Assembly: GCF_009914755.1 (NCBI RefSeq)
Contig: NC_060938.1
Source of the DNA: the human T2T-CHM13v2.0 reference genome, Homo sapiens
Strand: one strand, 5' to 3'
DNA: 64,000 nt
Numbering within the stretch: position 1 is the stretch's first letter; every line of letters begins with the position of its first letter. Under the pieces are notes generated by a model. The model was not told the DNA's origin. It worked only from the letters and a program-made list of their open reading frames with translations, and searched no databases. Shown piece by piece: positions 45,675 to 62,872 of this stretch. The position numbers were made by a program, and so were the translations under genes.

Positions 45675-46010
45675 TTAAAAAAAAAACTTCAAAAATAAAC
45701 TTCATATTTTATCGATTTAGATTTACATGAAAATTGCAAAAATAGTACATGTAGTTCCTATATACTCTACTTCCAGCTTCTCCTATTAACATCTTATAGT
45801 ATGGTACATTTGTCACTAGCAATGAACAAATATTAATCAATTTGTATTAACTAAAGTCCATGCTTTATTCATATTTTCTTAGTTTTTACCTAATGTTCTT
45901 TTTCTGTTCCAGGATCCCATCTGGGATATCACATTACATTTAGTTATTGTGTCTCATTAGGCTCTTCTTGGCTATGACAGTTTCTCAGACTTTTCTTATT
46001 TTTGTCATAG
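45675..46010 (-). mobile_element. L1MC/MD-type 3' fragment
   Basis: TATTAACTAAAGTCCAT..TTTTACCTAATGTTCTTTTTCTGTTCCAGGATCCCATC. Confidence 0.7.
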
Positions 46011-47582
46011 CACCAAACCTCAGGTCACTTTCAAAGACCTACCTGATATCTGGAAGACACTGATTTGAAAGGAGAAAGTTTTCAACGAAAGATTTACATA
46101 TATGGTGAAGGCTGGTCAATTTTTTTCCAAGTTAATCTGGTGGACATTTAATAATTCAATGAATTATTTAGTATGATATTCACATTTCCAACTAAATTGA
46201 AGAGAAAATCTTCATGCAGAAGGGATTCTTTTTCTTTTCTTTAGCCAAGCTATGTGTTGTATATCTTCATTACTTCCACTGTAAAAAGATTAGCTTTTCA
46301 CTGTTGATATATTCTGCATTTTATATGGAACAGAACTCTCAGGTAGAAAAGTGATTTTACTGTTTGACTTACAGAGCTTTCGATATTTATCATAATTCCT
46401 GTCATATCCTGTGGATATTACTTTGACCATTGCAGCCAGAAATTCTGATGTAATCAGGTCAGTTTTCAGGGAGTTCTTTGAATCAAAACCATTAGGAGTC
46501 TCTAAATGAGCCTCACTAGTGGCTCTTGCTGGGTTTTGCTCACAGGTGAGTTTCCATCAGTAATTAGATATTTCATTCCTGGCATTGAACAAGCAGTGCT
46601 TGTCATGCTAGGACACTGCAAGGTTTGGAGCATATTTGTGAAGTAAAGGAAGCAGAAAATGCAGACTATACTTTGGCAATTAAGACTATTAGATATTGAG
46701 CTTTTTAGTTGCTGGGAATGTCGTTTAATTTTCCACCAATGAATTTAAACAGAGGACTACTCCAACAATTCATTTTCTGCTAGTGTAAAACTTTAAAATT
46801 CTTAAATGGATAACTTACATACTTGTTCTGTTCAAAATGGAGATTTTTAGTATATCTTGTTTATCTTGCTTTTGGATCTACTTTTATTTCTCTATCTATC
46901 TATCTAGTTAGCTAGCTAGCTTTCATCTGTCGACCCACCCATCATCTTTCTATAACGTTTATATAATAGTAATATATAGAATTGGAGACAATGAATGGGA
47001 TAATTGCAAATACTGAGAATGAAATGAGAGAAAGATGGGGGCATGGCTAGAATGTGTTTAGGAGCTCAGGGTTTCTGATCTTGGTGTTGAACAAGTTCTA
47101 TATGCTTCCTATTTTGGCCCAACCCTAACATAGTGCCATTTGTACAATAGACACATTAAATTTTTTTTTTTTTTTGTCTTAGAGAAGATGCATGGTCATG
47201 GTTTTGAGAATGTCAGGGAAAAATAAAAAAAATCAGTGCAAACTTGATTTGTCAACTAGAAATACAATCCTATGAGTATAGTTTGGATTTAATAGATTTG
47301 GTATTTGGCATGGGGTCTTCATTTTAAACATAGGCATTTCTTTCGCAAGTGCTCCAAGAATCACAGATTTATTAACTCTATTTTATGATACACATCTCTG
47401 GAACCAAGATTTCTCATTTATTTTTCGGGTCACCCCAAAATTACCTTTCAAGGAGGATTTCCAATTCACAACAAATTGGGATATTGTCTTTGCTAGATTT
47501 CCCATTTTTTCACAGGAAGATATCGGCCTCCACTATTCTCCTCCCAACGCTGTCAATTGTTAAAGCACCTAATGTCAAAAAT

Positions 47583-48086
47583 TGTTAAGGATCTGTGATT
47601 TTACCCTAATTGAAAGCTAACAAGTTAGCCTGCCATAGTTTCGTAGATGCTGGCAGGAGATATAAAACTCTTGTGTCAGAGACAAAGGACTTTATTTCTC
47701 CTAGCACAGCAAGTATCATGAGCTTCATGTTCACATTGGTTCTTCTTGTCCATTACATCCCATAAATGCAATGAAAAGTAGCCCAGGTAGATGCTGTGCA
47801 GACAGTAGATTTTTGTCACAGCTGAGAACCCCTGAATTTAGAAAACCCTCAATTGTATAAGAGTGCTGCTGGTAAACTTCCCCAACCTTGTCTCAGGAGG
47901 AAGACATTACATTTATTATCCCGGTGAGAAAACAAATATGCCCTCTACTCTAGAGGGAGACACTGCTTCTGTCTTCTAAGGCTGTGTAAACATCTTTGCA
48001 GAGATAGTCCAGAACAAAGGTGTCAATACCTTTTTCTTGGAAGACAGGCAGAAACACAAGAAAACTGTGGGGTATGTCTGCCAACA
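47583..48086 (-). mobile_element. LTR40-like ERVL solo LTR
   Basis: TGTTAAGGATCTGTGATTTTACCCTA..AGCTAACAAGTTAGCCTGCCA..GATAGTCCAGAACAAAGG..CCAACA. Confidence 0.7.
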
Positions 48087-48199
48087 CATGGCTTTACATA
48101 TCATCATAATATATAAAATTATGTTCTATCTGTCTATTGTGTATTTATGTCTAGAGAAAAGAGTTAGCTAGACTCTACATACTAATTTTTTATTAATCT

Positions 48200-48950
48200 G
48201 TTTAATCATCCCATTTTTTTCTTTATTCATTCTCATATCTCAATGCTTACATTGCACTGTGCTAGGTTAGAAATACAGTAGTGAGCCAGAAATATGCAGT
48301 TCCTTACCTTGTGAAGCTTATATTCCATAGTGAAGAGAGACTCTAACAACATAATCACACAAATACCAACTCATTACAATGTGGCATATGCAAATAAGGT
48401 TCAACAAAAGTGAATAATTAGAGACATCAAGGTTCTGATGAACGAAAAGGGTTAAGCTCCTCCTCAAATTACCCAAAGACCCATATGCCTGGGGTAAAGA
48501 GTGAAGAGGAGAGGAGCCCCAAATAAGGCTGGAGACAGTCAGGAACCAGACAATGCAAAGCCTGGCCTGCTGTGAATAACGTGGAATTTTATTCTGAGGG
48601 CACCAGGGAAATACTGCAATGTTTTAAGTAGGGAAGTGATATCACTAGAATTGTGTTTAAAAAGGTCACAAGGTCTCTGTGTGAACCATGACTGGTGGAG
48701 CACAAGATTACATTCAGGGAATTTTGTTTTAGGTGAAATCATGACAAGTTAGTGTAGAAGTTTAGGATAGAGGGAAATGGTTTGTTCTGATAGGCAAAGT
48801 TAATAAACTTATTGACTGATGGGTGGGAAAATAATGGGAGACATCAAGGAATGCTCCTCGGTCTTGCTTGAACAGTGAGTGGATGAATGGAAGGCCACCT
48901 TGAGAGAACACATGGAGGATGGGGCTGGTTAAGTATTGACAAATCACTGC
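48200..48950 (-). mobile_element. L2 fragment
   Basis: TTCATTC..GCACTGTGCTAGG..GGAATTTTATTCTGAGGG..TGTTTTAAGTAGGGAAGTGATAT L2-like text. Confidence 0.6.
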
Positions 48951-51900
48951 TACTCAACATCTATCACAATTATGTTTGAGAAAAATGTTATTTCTTGAGG
49001 CTGGCCTCAAGGTTATGCAGTTCACCTACTTCTCTCTATTCCCTAGATTCTACCTCTTAATTGAGTTATGTGCCCAAAACATCTTAGTCCTTTCAAGAAT
49101 CACTTTTATTTAACAGCAGTTGAAGCTACCAGTTTGATGCCGTTATATTTTCGGGGTGGATGTTATGAGAAAGAATCATCTGACACTTAACTGCTGCATT
49201 TTCTGTGACACTCAGGGTCTTCTCTATGAGAACATTTGAAATAAATTATTCAGTGATCTTGGCACAGGATTAATAACTTCCTGAGAAACTGGTGTGTTCT
49301 TAATTTATAGATGTGAAACCATGAACCAGATTGCGATTCTTTCTTCATATGATTGGCTTTTAGAACGCTTGGAAGCAATTTTGTTGCCTACTTCTAACTA
49401 ATATGGAGGCTTTTCTGGTGCGCTGACTTCACTCTTTCCTACCCATCCCTCTTTAACCTCATTCAATTATTTATTTCCTCTTGTCAAACTGAATGCCTTT
49501 TTGGTAGTTGCCATTAATCTTTTCTGGAACAAGTTGGAGTGCAAATAAATAAATAAATAGAAATCTTGGGTAAGTTGGATACATTTTTGTAATCTACTAG
49601 GCTTTGACTCTTCATCTGTACAATGAGATTTGGAACAGATGAACCCTTAAGTTTTTTTTGTGATTTTTTTTTTTAGAGCACCAGTTTCCGTTTCTAAAGG
49701 AAATTAGGAGTGTTTTCAAGTTTGAGCCATCACAGACAATAAAGTACCTAAAACTGACTAAACATCAACCATTATCCCTTTGCTAATGGAATTATTGATT
49801 ATTCAGAACATTCCTGTTCTTGAAAATGACCTAGAAGCTGCTTTTGTAAGATACGTTCTTCTCCAACATTTACTACAGTGCTGTACACAGGATTGTTATA
49901 GTAAAACGAGAAAGCATTTCTCTTGCCCTCTTTTCTTGCTCTTGTTGAAGTTCACATCACTTGTAGCAATTTTAGAAGATGTTTGCTTTTTGCTTACTGT
50001 ACACAAGTCTCATGATCTGGAGCCATTCTAAGAGCTACTCATTGGTAAGTGTGTTTCGAATATGTCACTGCCGAAGCTCCTTAAAGAAGAAGCTATCCCT
50101 CTGAGGGATGAGCCAGGGAACATGGTTCCATGGAAATTAAGCTGAAGTTTCACACCCTCAGGTAAGAGCTGGAGTTAATTTGAACTGGCCTGCCTGAAAG
50201 AAAAAGTAAGATACTCTGATGCCAGTTCTCATAGGTGTTAGAATTCTTTATTGTGAATTGAGTTTGCTGGATGGCACTATGACTTTCCATTACTCAAAGG
50301 CCAAGATGACCTTTCTCAGTCTGTCATCAGTTCAGATAGCAGTTCATTTGATACCTGAGTTAGTGCAATAACATATATTTACAAAACATCTCTGTGCATG
50401 GGTTTTTAGATGGTATATAGGGTCTCCCTGTCTTATACTTTGTATACAAATAGAGATGTATTTTAGGTGTAACTCTTTCAACAAACATTTACTGCTTACC
50501 TTTAATGGACTATTACCTGTGCTATGTCAGTTTACAGGAAGAAATGAGCCAGTCCTGCTTAGAATCTGCTTCGTGTCTTTTTGGGAAGATAGGTAAATAG
50601 GTACAAGGCTGGAGGATAAATACACATCAAGCTGTATATTTAAAAGAATCAAGTAAAGAATGGTGAGCTCTTTAGTGTCCTGAGATAGAGGATAGAGCAG
50701 GGGTGTTGAGGGACTATCTGGAAATTAGTTCATGGAAGAAGACATGAAATTAACTGTAAACTTCCTTTCATACTGCATTGTCCTAGCTGCTGTGGGAAAA
50801 ATCCGCTGCAATAGAAAGATGTGACATATGATGGAATTTTTTTTTCTAGGACAAAATATTTCTTGCATTTATGAATCTTTGCCAGATCAATTTAGTGTTT
50901 CTGTGAAGGGTGAAAGCAGGACAAACTAGAGGAGAAATGAAGTTCTTTGTAGGGCTGATTGTACAGCATAGCACATGGAACAGTTTTGAGAGGCTGACTT
51001 TGACTGCTCTGGGTCAAAAGCTGTAAAAAGATACAGACAGGCTATAGTTAGACACAATCTCTCAAATATGCTACAAAAATCATAATAGAAAAAAGTTAGC
51101 CTGGCTTTCAAAGTAGAGAAGTAGGCAACGTTTCAGAGATTATTTAATATAAGGTTAGTGAGAATACAGCTCTAAGGACACCTCTGTTCTCCCTTTCAAA
51201 GCCCCAGACACAAGATTCCTATTTCTGGGTTGTTATTGATTTATTTATCTGTACACCAAGGTCTAGGTACAATACTGAACACAAACCCTGATGTTTGAAA
51301 CTTAAAATTTTTCATTCTTGCAAGCCCCAGAATAAGGGAAAAGATGGGAATACGTTTGGAAAATGTTAGTTTCTTCTCACCAGGATCCAAGTGACTCCCT
51401 AGGAGTGAGTGAATGGTGTGCTCAGGTGTTCTAAGGGAGCAATACCCAGAGAAGGCAACTTCTTGGTGCAGGATCACACAGATATTGGAGACTTTTAATC
51501 AGAACACACAGTGGACCAAGATGACTTCTTCAGGAAGATGAGCATTCATGGGACCTTTCTGGGGAGTAACAATAGCTAACAATTTACAGCACTATCTGAG
51601 TACCAGGCATAATACTAGATGCTAATAAATTGTTTGATATTCACTTTATATATGTGAGACGTGCATACTCTTTAACATGTGAAAATCAAAGCCCTGAGAT
51701 ACTAAATAATCTTCCATTGAGGAAGAGTATTTGAAAATAAACATGACCTTGTCACTGTTAGAACATTGAATGTAGAGGGGACAAGAAAGCTAATGTTTAT
51801 TTATCACTTATGGTTTTGGGGATCAAAAAGAACCCTGGAAGGAAGGTGTCATTATTATTTCCATTTAAGATAGAAAAAACAGACTCATAAAATAATAGTT

Positions 51901-52191
51901 AATGTGATGAGCAGGTATGTATGAAATTTAGAAGGAATGCTTTCTCTTTTCTATTTATAAGAAAAGGCTTGCTGCTTGTATTATGTGGGGAGAGATTGGT
52001 AAAGACTAGACAATTGACCCTTTCTCCCAGTTTCTGTAGAGAATCTCAAGTTTTACTTGGCAGGCACTTAAGAGGAATGTAATTGACTTTGAGTCTAACA
52101 ACAAAAACAACAACAAGGTATAAATTTATCTCTCACTCTTGAATGCTGGTGACTGTGAACTAGATCTAGGATTTTCTTTGTTTTGGTTGTT

Positions 52192-52413
52192 CAAGGATTT
52201 CTCAACCTGCCATGGTTGACCTTTGAGCTGGATAATTAGTTGCTATGGGGGCTGTCCTGTGCATTGCCCAATGCTTAGCAGCATTTGTGGCCTCCTCTGC
52301 TCATTAGATGCCAGCAGGATCCTTCAGTTATATAACTGTATAATGAAGAATGTCTCCAGACATTGCCAAATGTTGTTTTGGAGACAAAAATCACCCCTGG
52401 TTGAGAACCAGTG
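52192..52413. mobile_element. MER20 DNA transposon
   Basis: TTTCTCAACC..GGGGGCTGTCCTGTGCATTG..AATGTCTCCAGACATTGCCAAATGT..GGTTGAGAACCAGTG. Confidence 0.88.
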
Positions 52414-52817
52414 GTTTAAAGCTACCAAGTTTTTCCAGTGATGACTTTTACTAAGTCTATTATATTTAAAAAAGGTTGTTATGCAGATTGTTCTGTGTGA
52501 AGTGAGAAGAACTAAGCTGTAGAAATCTACTTGCACCCCTGTCATTAGTGTGGGTCTACTCTCCTGCATGGTAGAAATACTTAAAAGGAACTTTCTCTGT
52601 GAAAGAGACAAGCCAAGAAGCTGAAAATACAGAAAGGTAGAAAATAGTTTTTTAATGAAAATCCAGCTGCCAAGAAAGAATCTATATATGATTCCTTTTT
52701 GGGTTATTCTTCAGTTCCTCTAGATGGTATGTATAAAATTAGTAGAGAATATTATTGACTGAAATGTAACTTAGCAATTTCTCTAAAGTCCAAATATAAC
52801 TTTCACTTTATTTAGTG

Positions 52818-52863
52818 CTGATTTAGTATAAGGAATTTCACTGGTTTAGTATAAGGAATTTTA
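52818..52863. repeat. 23-bp tandem duplication (2 mismatches)
   Basis: CTGATTTAGTATAAGGAATTTCA / CTGGTTTAGTATAAGGAATTTTA. Confidence 0.9.
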
Positions 52864-53607
52864 TTCTGAGGCCCTACAGGAGCTACAGTTGTCACCCACC
52901 ACAGTCTGGACCTGTTAGCCATGTGGCAACCTCTTTAATTAACAGTCAGCTTCTGTATTGCTTTCATCCTCCTCAGCCAGGTAATGTGGAGATGGTCCAG
53001 AATTATCCTTGGTAATGTCTCCTGTACATTAACTCTGGGAGAAGCTTGAAGAGAGGACCAATTCCTTGTAACAGTTCAGTAAGTAATCAAGCCCCACAGT
53101 CCTCCCCAGAACTGTGGCAGTAGTTTTAAATATTGGGATTTCTCTTTATATGGGTGCCTCTTTCAGATAGCGCAGATTTTAAAAAGATGAATATTTTTTC
53201 TCTGTTATAAAAGAATTATGTGCCCATTGTGGAAAATGTAAAAAATATATTATGAAGCAAATAATAGTTGTCCATGATCCTATCATTAAGAGTGAATCAC
53301 CATTAAAATTTTAGATTATTTTCTTCTTGGATTATACTATGCATTTTTACATTGATGGTATCACACTGTAAAATATAATTTAGTGTTCTACTAGTTTAAA
53401 TTTTAAAACTTAGCTTTATTTCATCAGCTCATTTCTATGACATTTATAATCCTTAAAACTTAGTTTTTAGAATGCATTATTGAATCAATCATCATAGAAA
53501 TCCTTTTGCTGTAGGTAAAGAAATTAAACATGATCCTCTTTGTACTGAAGGAAAATTAAAGTGCAGAAGTGAAGTGATTTTTCTTATATCTTATATCCAT
53601 GTTAATT

Positions 53608-54688
53608 TATTGGGGGAACCCACCCCCAATATTTCAATGTAGGTTCTTTCTATTTTCCATAAGTGTCGGCTGGCTGAGAAATAAAGAGAGACAGTACAAA
53701 GACAGGAATTTTACAGCTGGGCTGCCAAGGGTGACATCACATATTGGTAGGAACGTGATGGCCTCCTGAGTCTCAGACCAGCAAGTTTTTATTAAGGGTT
53801 TCAAAAGGGGAGGGGGTGTAAGAACAGGGAGTAGGTACAAAGATCACATGCTTCAAGGGGCAAAAAGCAGAACTACTAATAAGGGTCTAACAAAGATCAT
53901 GTGCTTCTGAGGGAACAGGACAAAGGGCAAAAGCAGAACTACTGATAAGGGTCCAACAAAGATCACAAGGCAAAGGGCAAAAGCAGAGCCACTGATAAGG
54001 GTCTATGTTTAGACGTGCACGTATTGTCTTGATAAACATCTTAAACAACAGAAAACAGCGTTCGAGAGCAGAGAAATGGTCTGATCACAAATTTACCAGG
54101 GCGGAGTTTCCCAACTCTAGTCAGCCTGAGGGTACTGCAGGAGACCAGGGCATATCTCAGTCCTTATCTCAACTTCACAAGACAGACATTCCCAGAGCGG
54201 CCGTTTATAGACCTTCCCCCAGGAATGTATTCCTTTTCCAGGTTATTAATATTAATATTCATTGCTAGGAAAAGAATTTAGCGATATCTCTCCTACTTGC
54301 ATGTCCATTTATAGGATCTCCGCAAGAAGAAAAATATGGTTCTTTTTGCCCAACCCCACAGTCAGACCTTATGGTTGACTTCCCTTGTTCCCTAAAAGTT
54401 GTTGTTATTCTGTTCTTTTTCAAGGTGCACTGATTTCATATTGTTCAAACACACATGTTTTACAATCAATTTGTACAGTTAGCACAATTGTCACAGTGGT
54501 CCTGAGGTGACATACACCCTCAGCTTATGAAAATAACAGGATTAAGAGATTAAAGTAAAGATAGGCATAAGAAATTATAAAAGTATTATTTGGGAACTGA
54601 TAAATGTCCATGAAATCTTCACAATTTATGTTCCTCTGCCGAAGCTCCAGCCAGTCCCTCCATTCAGGATCCCTGACTTCCCGCAACA
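53608..54688 (-). mobile_element. MER11 (HERV-K11/HML-8) solo LTR, 6-bp TSD
   Basis: The minus strand starts TGTTGCGGGAAGTCAGGGA and ends GGTTCCCCCAATA; TSD TTAATT at 53602-53607 and 54689-54694. Confidence 0.92.
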
Positions 54689-54759
54689 TTAATTATTGAT
54701 GTTAAAAGAAGAATTTGAATCTAAGATATTTGCATGATTACATTTGTGCTACAGGAAGA

Positions 54760-55350
54760 GTAGTGTTGTAGTGTTTTAGAGCAATGCCAGGCTGGACAGG
54801 GAGACCAGCTAGGAAACTGGTGCCATAACATACATGGGAAATGAAGACCTAATTGAAAATAAAACTAGCTGAATAGGAGATAGAGGGTAGAAGATGGATT
54901 AAAGAGCTATCAAGGGGTTACAAGTATCACTAGCATTTGGTTAGTGGTTTATGCGGAAAGTAAGGAAAAGGGAGGAATCCAGGCTATTCTTAGGTGTTAA
55001 TATGAATACTGTTCACCAGGAAAGAGAAAGTTAAAAAGTAGAACAGTTTAAGAGAAAGATGAGTTCTATTTTGGATGTGATGAAATGGGAATTTTCATAG
55101 GACATGTAAGTGGGAATGTCTGATAGGCTGTTGGCTTGAAGTGTGGTGGGGGAAAAAGGAGGGAGGGAAGGGAAAGAGAAAGAGGGAAGACATAGAGAAA
55201 GAGAAACAGAGAGAGACAGAGAGAGAGACAGAGAGAATCTGGGTTAGAGTGTTAGAGTGGTTTTCTTGGGATAGACCATCATTTAGAGTATAACTGATGT
55301 CAAAGAAATAGATGAACTCATCTCAGGAGAACATGCCAGGTGAGAGAGCC
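54760..55350 (-). mobile_element. L2 fragment with embedded GA-rich tract (~55148-55237)
   Basis: GGGAGACCAGCTAGGAAACT..AAGATGAGTTCTATTTTGGATGTG L2-like text. Confidence 0.55.
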
Positions 55351-56254
55351 TCAGATGGATCCCTTCTCCAACTCTCAAACTCATCTTTTTAAGTTGGTTT
55401 CTTGGTTAATCTGTGATATCAGTCAAGGTTTCATTTCTTCACTGAGATGGCTTTCTGCCACCAAACAGAAATGTTTCTTCTGATCTCATATGCCCTCACT
55501 GCAGCATTTAACATTGATTGTAACTTTGCCTTTTTGAAACTCCCTCCTTTTATGACATATGTACCTGTGTAAGTGTATTACTAAGCAAATATGGCATTTA
55601 ATAAAAATTCAATAGGAGAGAGTAAGGAGGATGTTTACATCTTGGGCTACATAGCATTTCCAGAAATTTCCTTTGGGCATCTGACTTCTTCCCTATCTCT
55701 CTTCTCAATTCTACAGCTTTGTCATTCTTTCATTCAGAGCAATTTTTTTCTTTTTGGCTTCTATCTGCAAGCTTTTCTACCACTACCCACTACTTAATAC
55801 TGTCTTCAAGTACTCCATAGTCATTAAAAGAAGGATTCAGATTTTAATTGTTCTCAGGAAAAAAAATCCACCTGTTACCAAAATCCATCCTTCTGTGAAG
55901 GCCTCAAGAGAATACATACAACAAATAATATTTAGCTGTTGATGTCTAAATAAAAAATATATGCACTGAATGAGTCTTTTAAAATTTACCAACTGAATAT
56001 GGAATTATGTTGATTTTTTTCTGGGAATATTTTAGCCCTTAGAGTTCATCACTCTTTGCAGCTGACAGTCTGCTTTTCAATCTGGCTCTACTACAACCCT
56101 TCCTTCTGATGAAGGGAAAAAGTGTGGCTGTTGCAGGGATGTGGGGTGTGAGATTGAGGGGCATTAAAAGGAACACAAACATTTGGTAAACACCTTCCCA
56201 CACAGTTGACACTGTGATCTCTTCATTCAACATTTCATTAACAATTACAGTGTG

Positions 56255-56700
56255 AGTTAAATATTATTGTTCTCATTTTATAGATGGGAAAAGTGAGGAT
56301 CAGAGGTAGAAAGTGAGGATAGAAAGTGAGGTAGAAAGTGAAGATCCACTTTGGGAGGCCGAGGCGGGCAGATCATGAAGTCAGGAGATCAAGACCATCC
56401 TGGCTAACACGGTGAAACCCCGTCTCTACTAAAAATACAAAAAATTAGCTGGGAGCAGTGGCGGGCCCCTGTAGTCCCAGCTACTCAGGAGGCTGAGGCA
56501 GGAGAATGGCGTGAACCCAGGAGGCGGAGTTTGCAGTGAGCCAAGATCGCGCCACTGCACTCCAGCCTGGGTGATGGAGCGAGACTCCGTCTTGAAAAAA
56601 AAAGTGAGGATCAGAGGTAAGGTAGATAACTACCTTATTTCAAGTGGAAGAGATCAGGATATCCTGAGCTTGACAGCATGTGCTCCTGACACTGAGCCAT
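56255..56700 (+). mobile_element. MIR element interrupted by AluY
   Basis: TTATTGTTCTCATTTTATAGATGGGAAAAGTGAGGATCAGAGG resembles the MIR core CCCATTTTACAGATGAGGAAACTGAGGCTCAGAG. Confidence 0.65.
56347..56599 (+). mobile_element. AluY, 5'-truncated by ~34 nt, 20-bp TSD
   Basis: ACCATCCTGGCTAACACGGTGAAACCCCG..GGAGAATGGCGTGAACCC; TSD AAAAGTGAGGATCAGAGGTA at 56289-56308 and 56600-56619. Confidence 0.93.
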
Positions 56701-57857
56701 ACAACATCCATAGAAAGACATCCTATGCAGGGCCATTTCCTATTTTTTGGCCTCAAGAAAAGAAAACAGCTTTGGTTCTGTCCTTTTGTTGTTGCTTATT
56801 TTAGACTTTCTGCACATGGTAAGACTAAACTTTCCATGCCCAGAGGCTAAAGATTGGCCTGAAATGTGGGTAGCTGAATAGGGTTTAGGGTTCTAAATGT
56901 GTTGTTGTAAATTAGAAATCTTCTGTAGGTGAGGAGAGGGTCTTCCTAAAATTATCAATTTGGAAATTTGCAAAATTTTGTTTGTGCTGTTTGGAAATTG
57001 CCTATTTACCGTTAACTTTATGATTTAGCAGCTAATGTGTTTTTAATTAGGCCTCAGACTATTTGGGAGAGGACATCTATAATACAGTTTTTATAAGTAA
57101 GTCTATAAAGCAGTCACTGTGCAAGAATATGAGCACTGGCAGCCAAGATTGCCACATTCAGTCCAACATGCTACAATGTCTGTTGCCCTCAGATGAAATT
57201 TGAAAACTGTCATGTAATTGCAGTAATTCCAAGGGCACATAAAGCTGCTTCACTATGGAAGAAGGAAGAAAGCCTATCTTAATTTCCATTTCCATTTTAT
57301 TTCGTTTTGTCTTTGAGCTAGACCCTTTTCATTTACTCCATGGATGCTTTCCAATTCATAATGTTACTTTCCATGAAGGGCTTTACAGGACAAAGCTTTG
57401 ACAACCACAAAAATTTATGAATAGGTGCCAAACTAGCCAACTGCTAAAGAATAAAAAATATTCTCCTGTTAAATAAGAATAACATCTCTAAATTGAAGTG
57501 CCCAAAGCAGTGATGGCAAATAAAAATTTACTGCTTTCAACATTTGTTGTTCCACTTCTCTGGTACTCAGAAGTAGGAATGTGTTTCTGTGGCAAAGTAA
57601 TATATCAGAAATCAAGACTAACGCACAAAGAGGCAAACTTTTTGGAATAATGCAATCAGAGGCACCTCATGTGGCTTTTGGGTATTGAAGTCCATTAGTC
57701 ACAATCATTGACCTCATTCTTTTTTTCAGAGGTCTCATTATTCAGATAGTTCAAATGATGATAACTCCCTTTTCACCTCAATTTCAATACCTTTAATATT
57801 TTTTAAAGATACTCTGCTTGAAGATGTAGGGGATGCAGACTGAATATGACATATTTC

Positions 57858-58421
57858 TTTAAAAATTTTTTTTATTTCAATAGGTTTTTGAGGAACAGAT
57901 GGTGTTTGGTTACATGAATAAGTTCCTTAGTGGTGATTTGTGAGATTTTGGTGGCCCCATCACCTAAGCAGTGTACACTGTATTTGATGTGCAGTCGTTT
58001 ATCCCTCACCACCTGCCACACATTCCCCTGAGTCCCCAAAGTTCATTGTGTTATTCTTATGCCTTTGCAGCCTCATAGCTTAGCTCCCACATATGAGAAA
58101 GAATATACAGTGTTTGCTTTTCCATTCCTGAGTTACTTCACTTAGAATAAAGGTCTCCAATTCCATTCAGGTGGCTGCAAGTACCATTATTTCATTCATT
58201 TTTATGGCTGAGTAGTATTCCATGTTATATATATACCACAGTTTATTTATCTACTCATTGGTTGATGGGCATTTGGGCTGGTTCCAAATTTTTGCAATTG
58301 CAAATTGTGCTGCTGTAAACCTGTGTGTGCAAGTATCTTTTTTGTATAATGGCTTCTTTTCCTCTGGGTAGGTCCCTAGTAATGGGATTGCTGGATCAAA
58401 TGGTAGATCTACTTTTAGTTC
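57858..58421 (-). mobile_element. L1PB1-like 3' end, the target of the L1PA2 insertion
   Basis: TTTATTTCAATAGGTTTTTGAGGAACAGATGGTGTTTGGTTACATGAATAAGTT..GGATCAAATGGTAGATCTACTTTTAGTTCTTT. Confidence 0.85.
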
Positions 58422-58679
58422 TTTTTTTTTTTTTTGGCTTCAACAAGAGAATTTTATTTCTTTTTTTTTTTTTAATTATACTTTAAGTTTTAGGGTACGT
58501 GTGCACATTGTGCAGGTTAGTTACATATGTATACATGTGCCATGCTGGTGCACTGCACCCACTAACTCATCATCTAGCATTAGGTATATCTCCCAATGCT
58601 ATCCCTCCCCCCTCCCCCCACCCCACAACAGTCCCCAGAGTGTGATATTCCCCTTCCTGTGTCCATGTGATCTCATTGT

Positions 58680-62809
<4,130 letters not shown>

Positions 62810-62872
62810 TATGATGTTAGCTGGTTATTTTGCTCGTTAGTTCATGCAGTTTCTTCCTAGTCTTGATGGTCT

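Noticed and set aside
49805-49820. AGAACA-TTCC-TGTTCT resembling a glucocorticoid/androgen response element
   Set aside because: The spacer is 4 nt; canonical GRE/ARE needs 3
56289-56346. Short repeats superficially like a CRISPR or other array
   Set aside because: Eukaryotic DNA with no unique spacers; explained as TSD-derived copies
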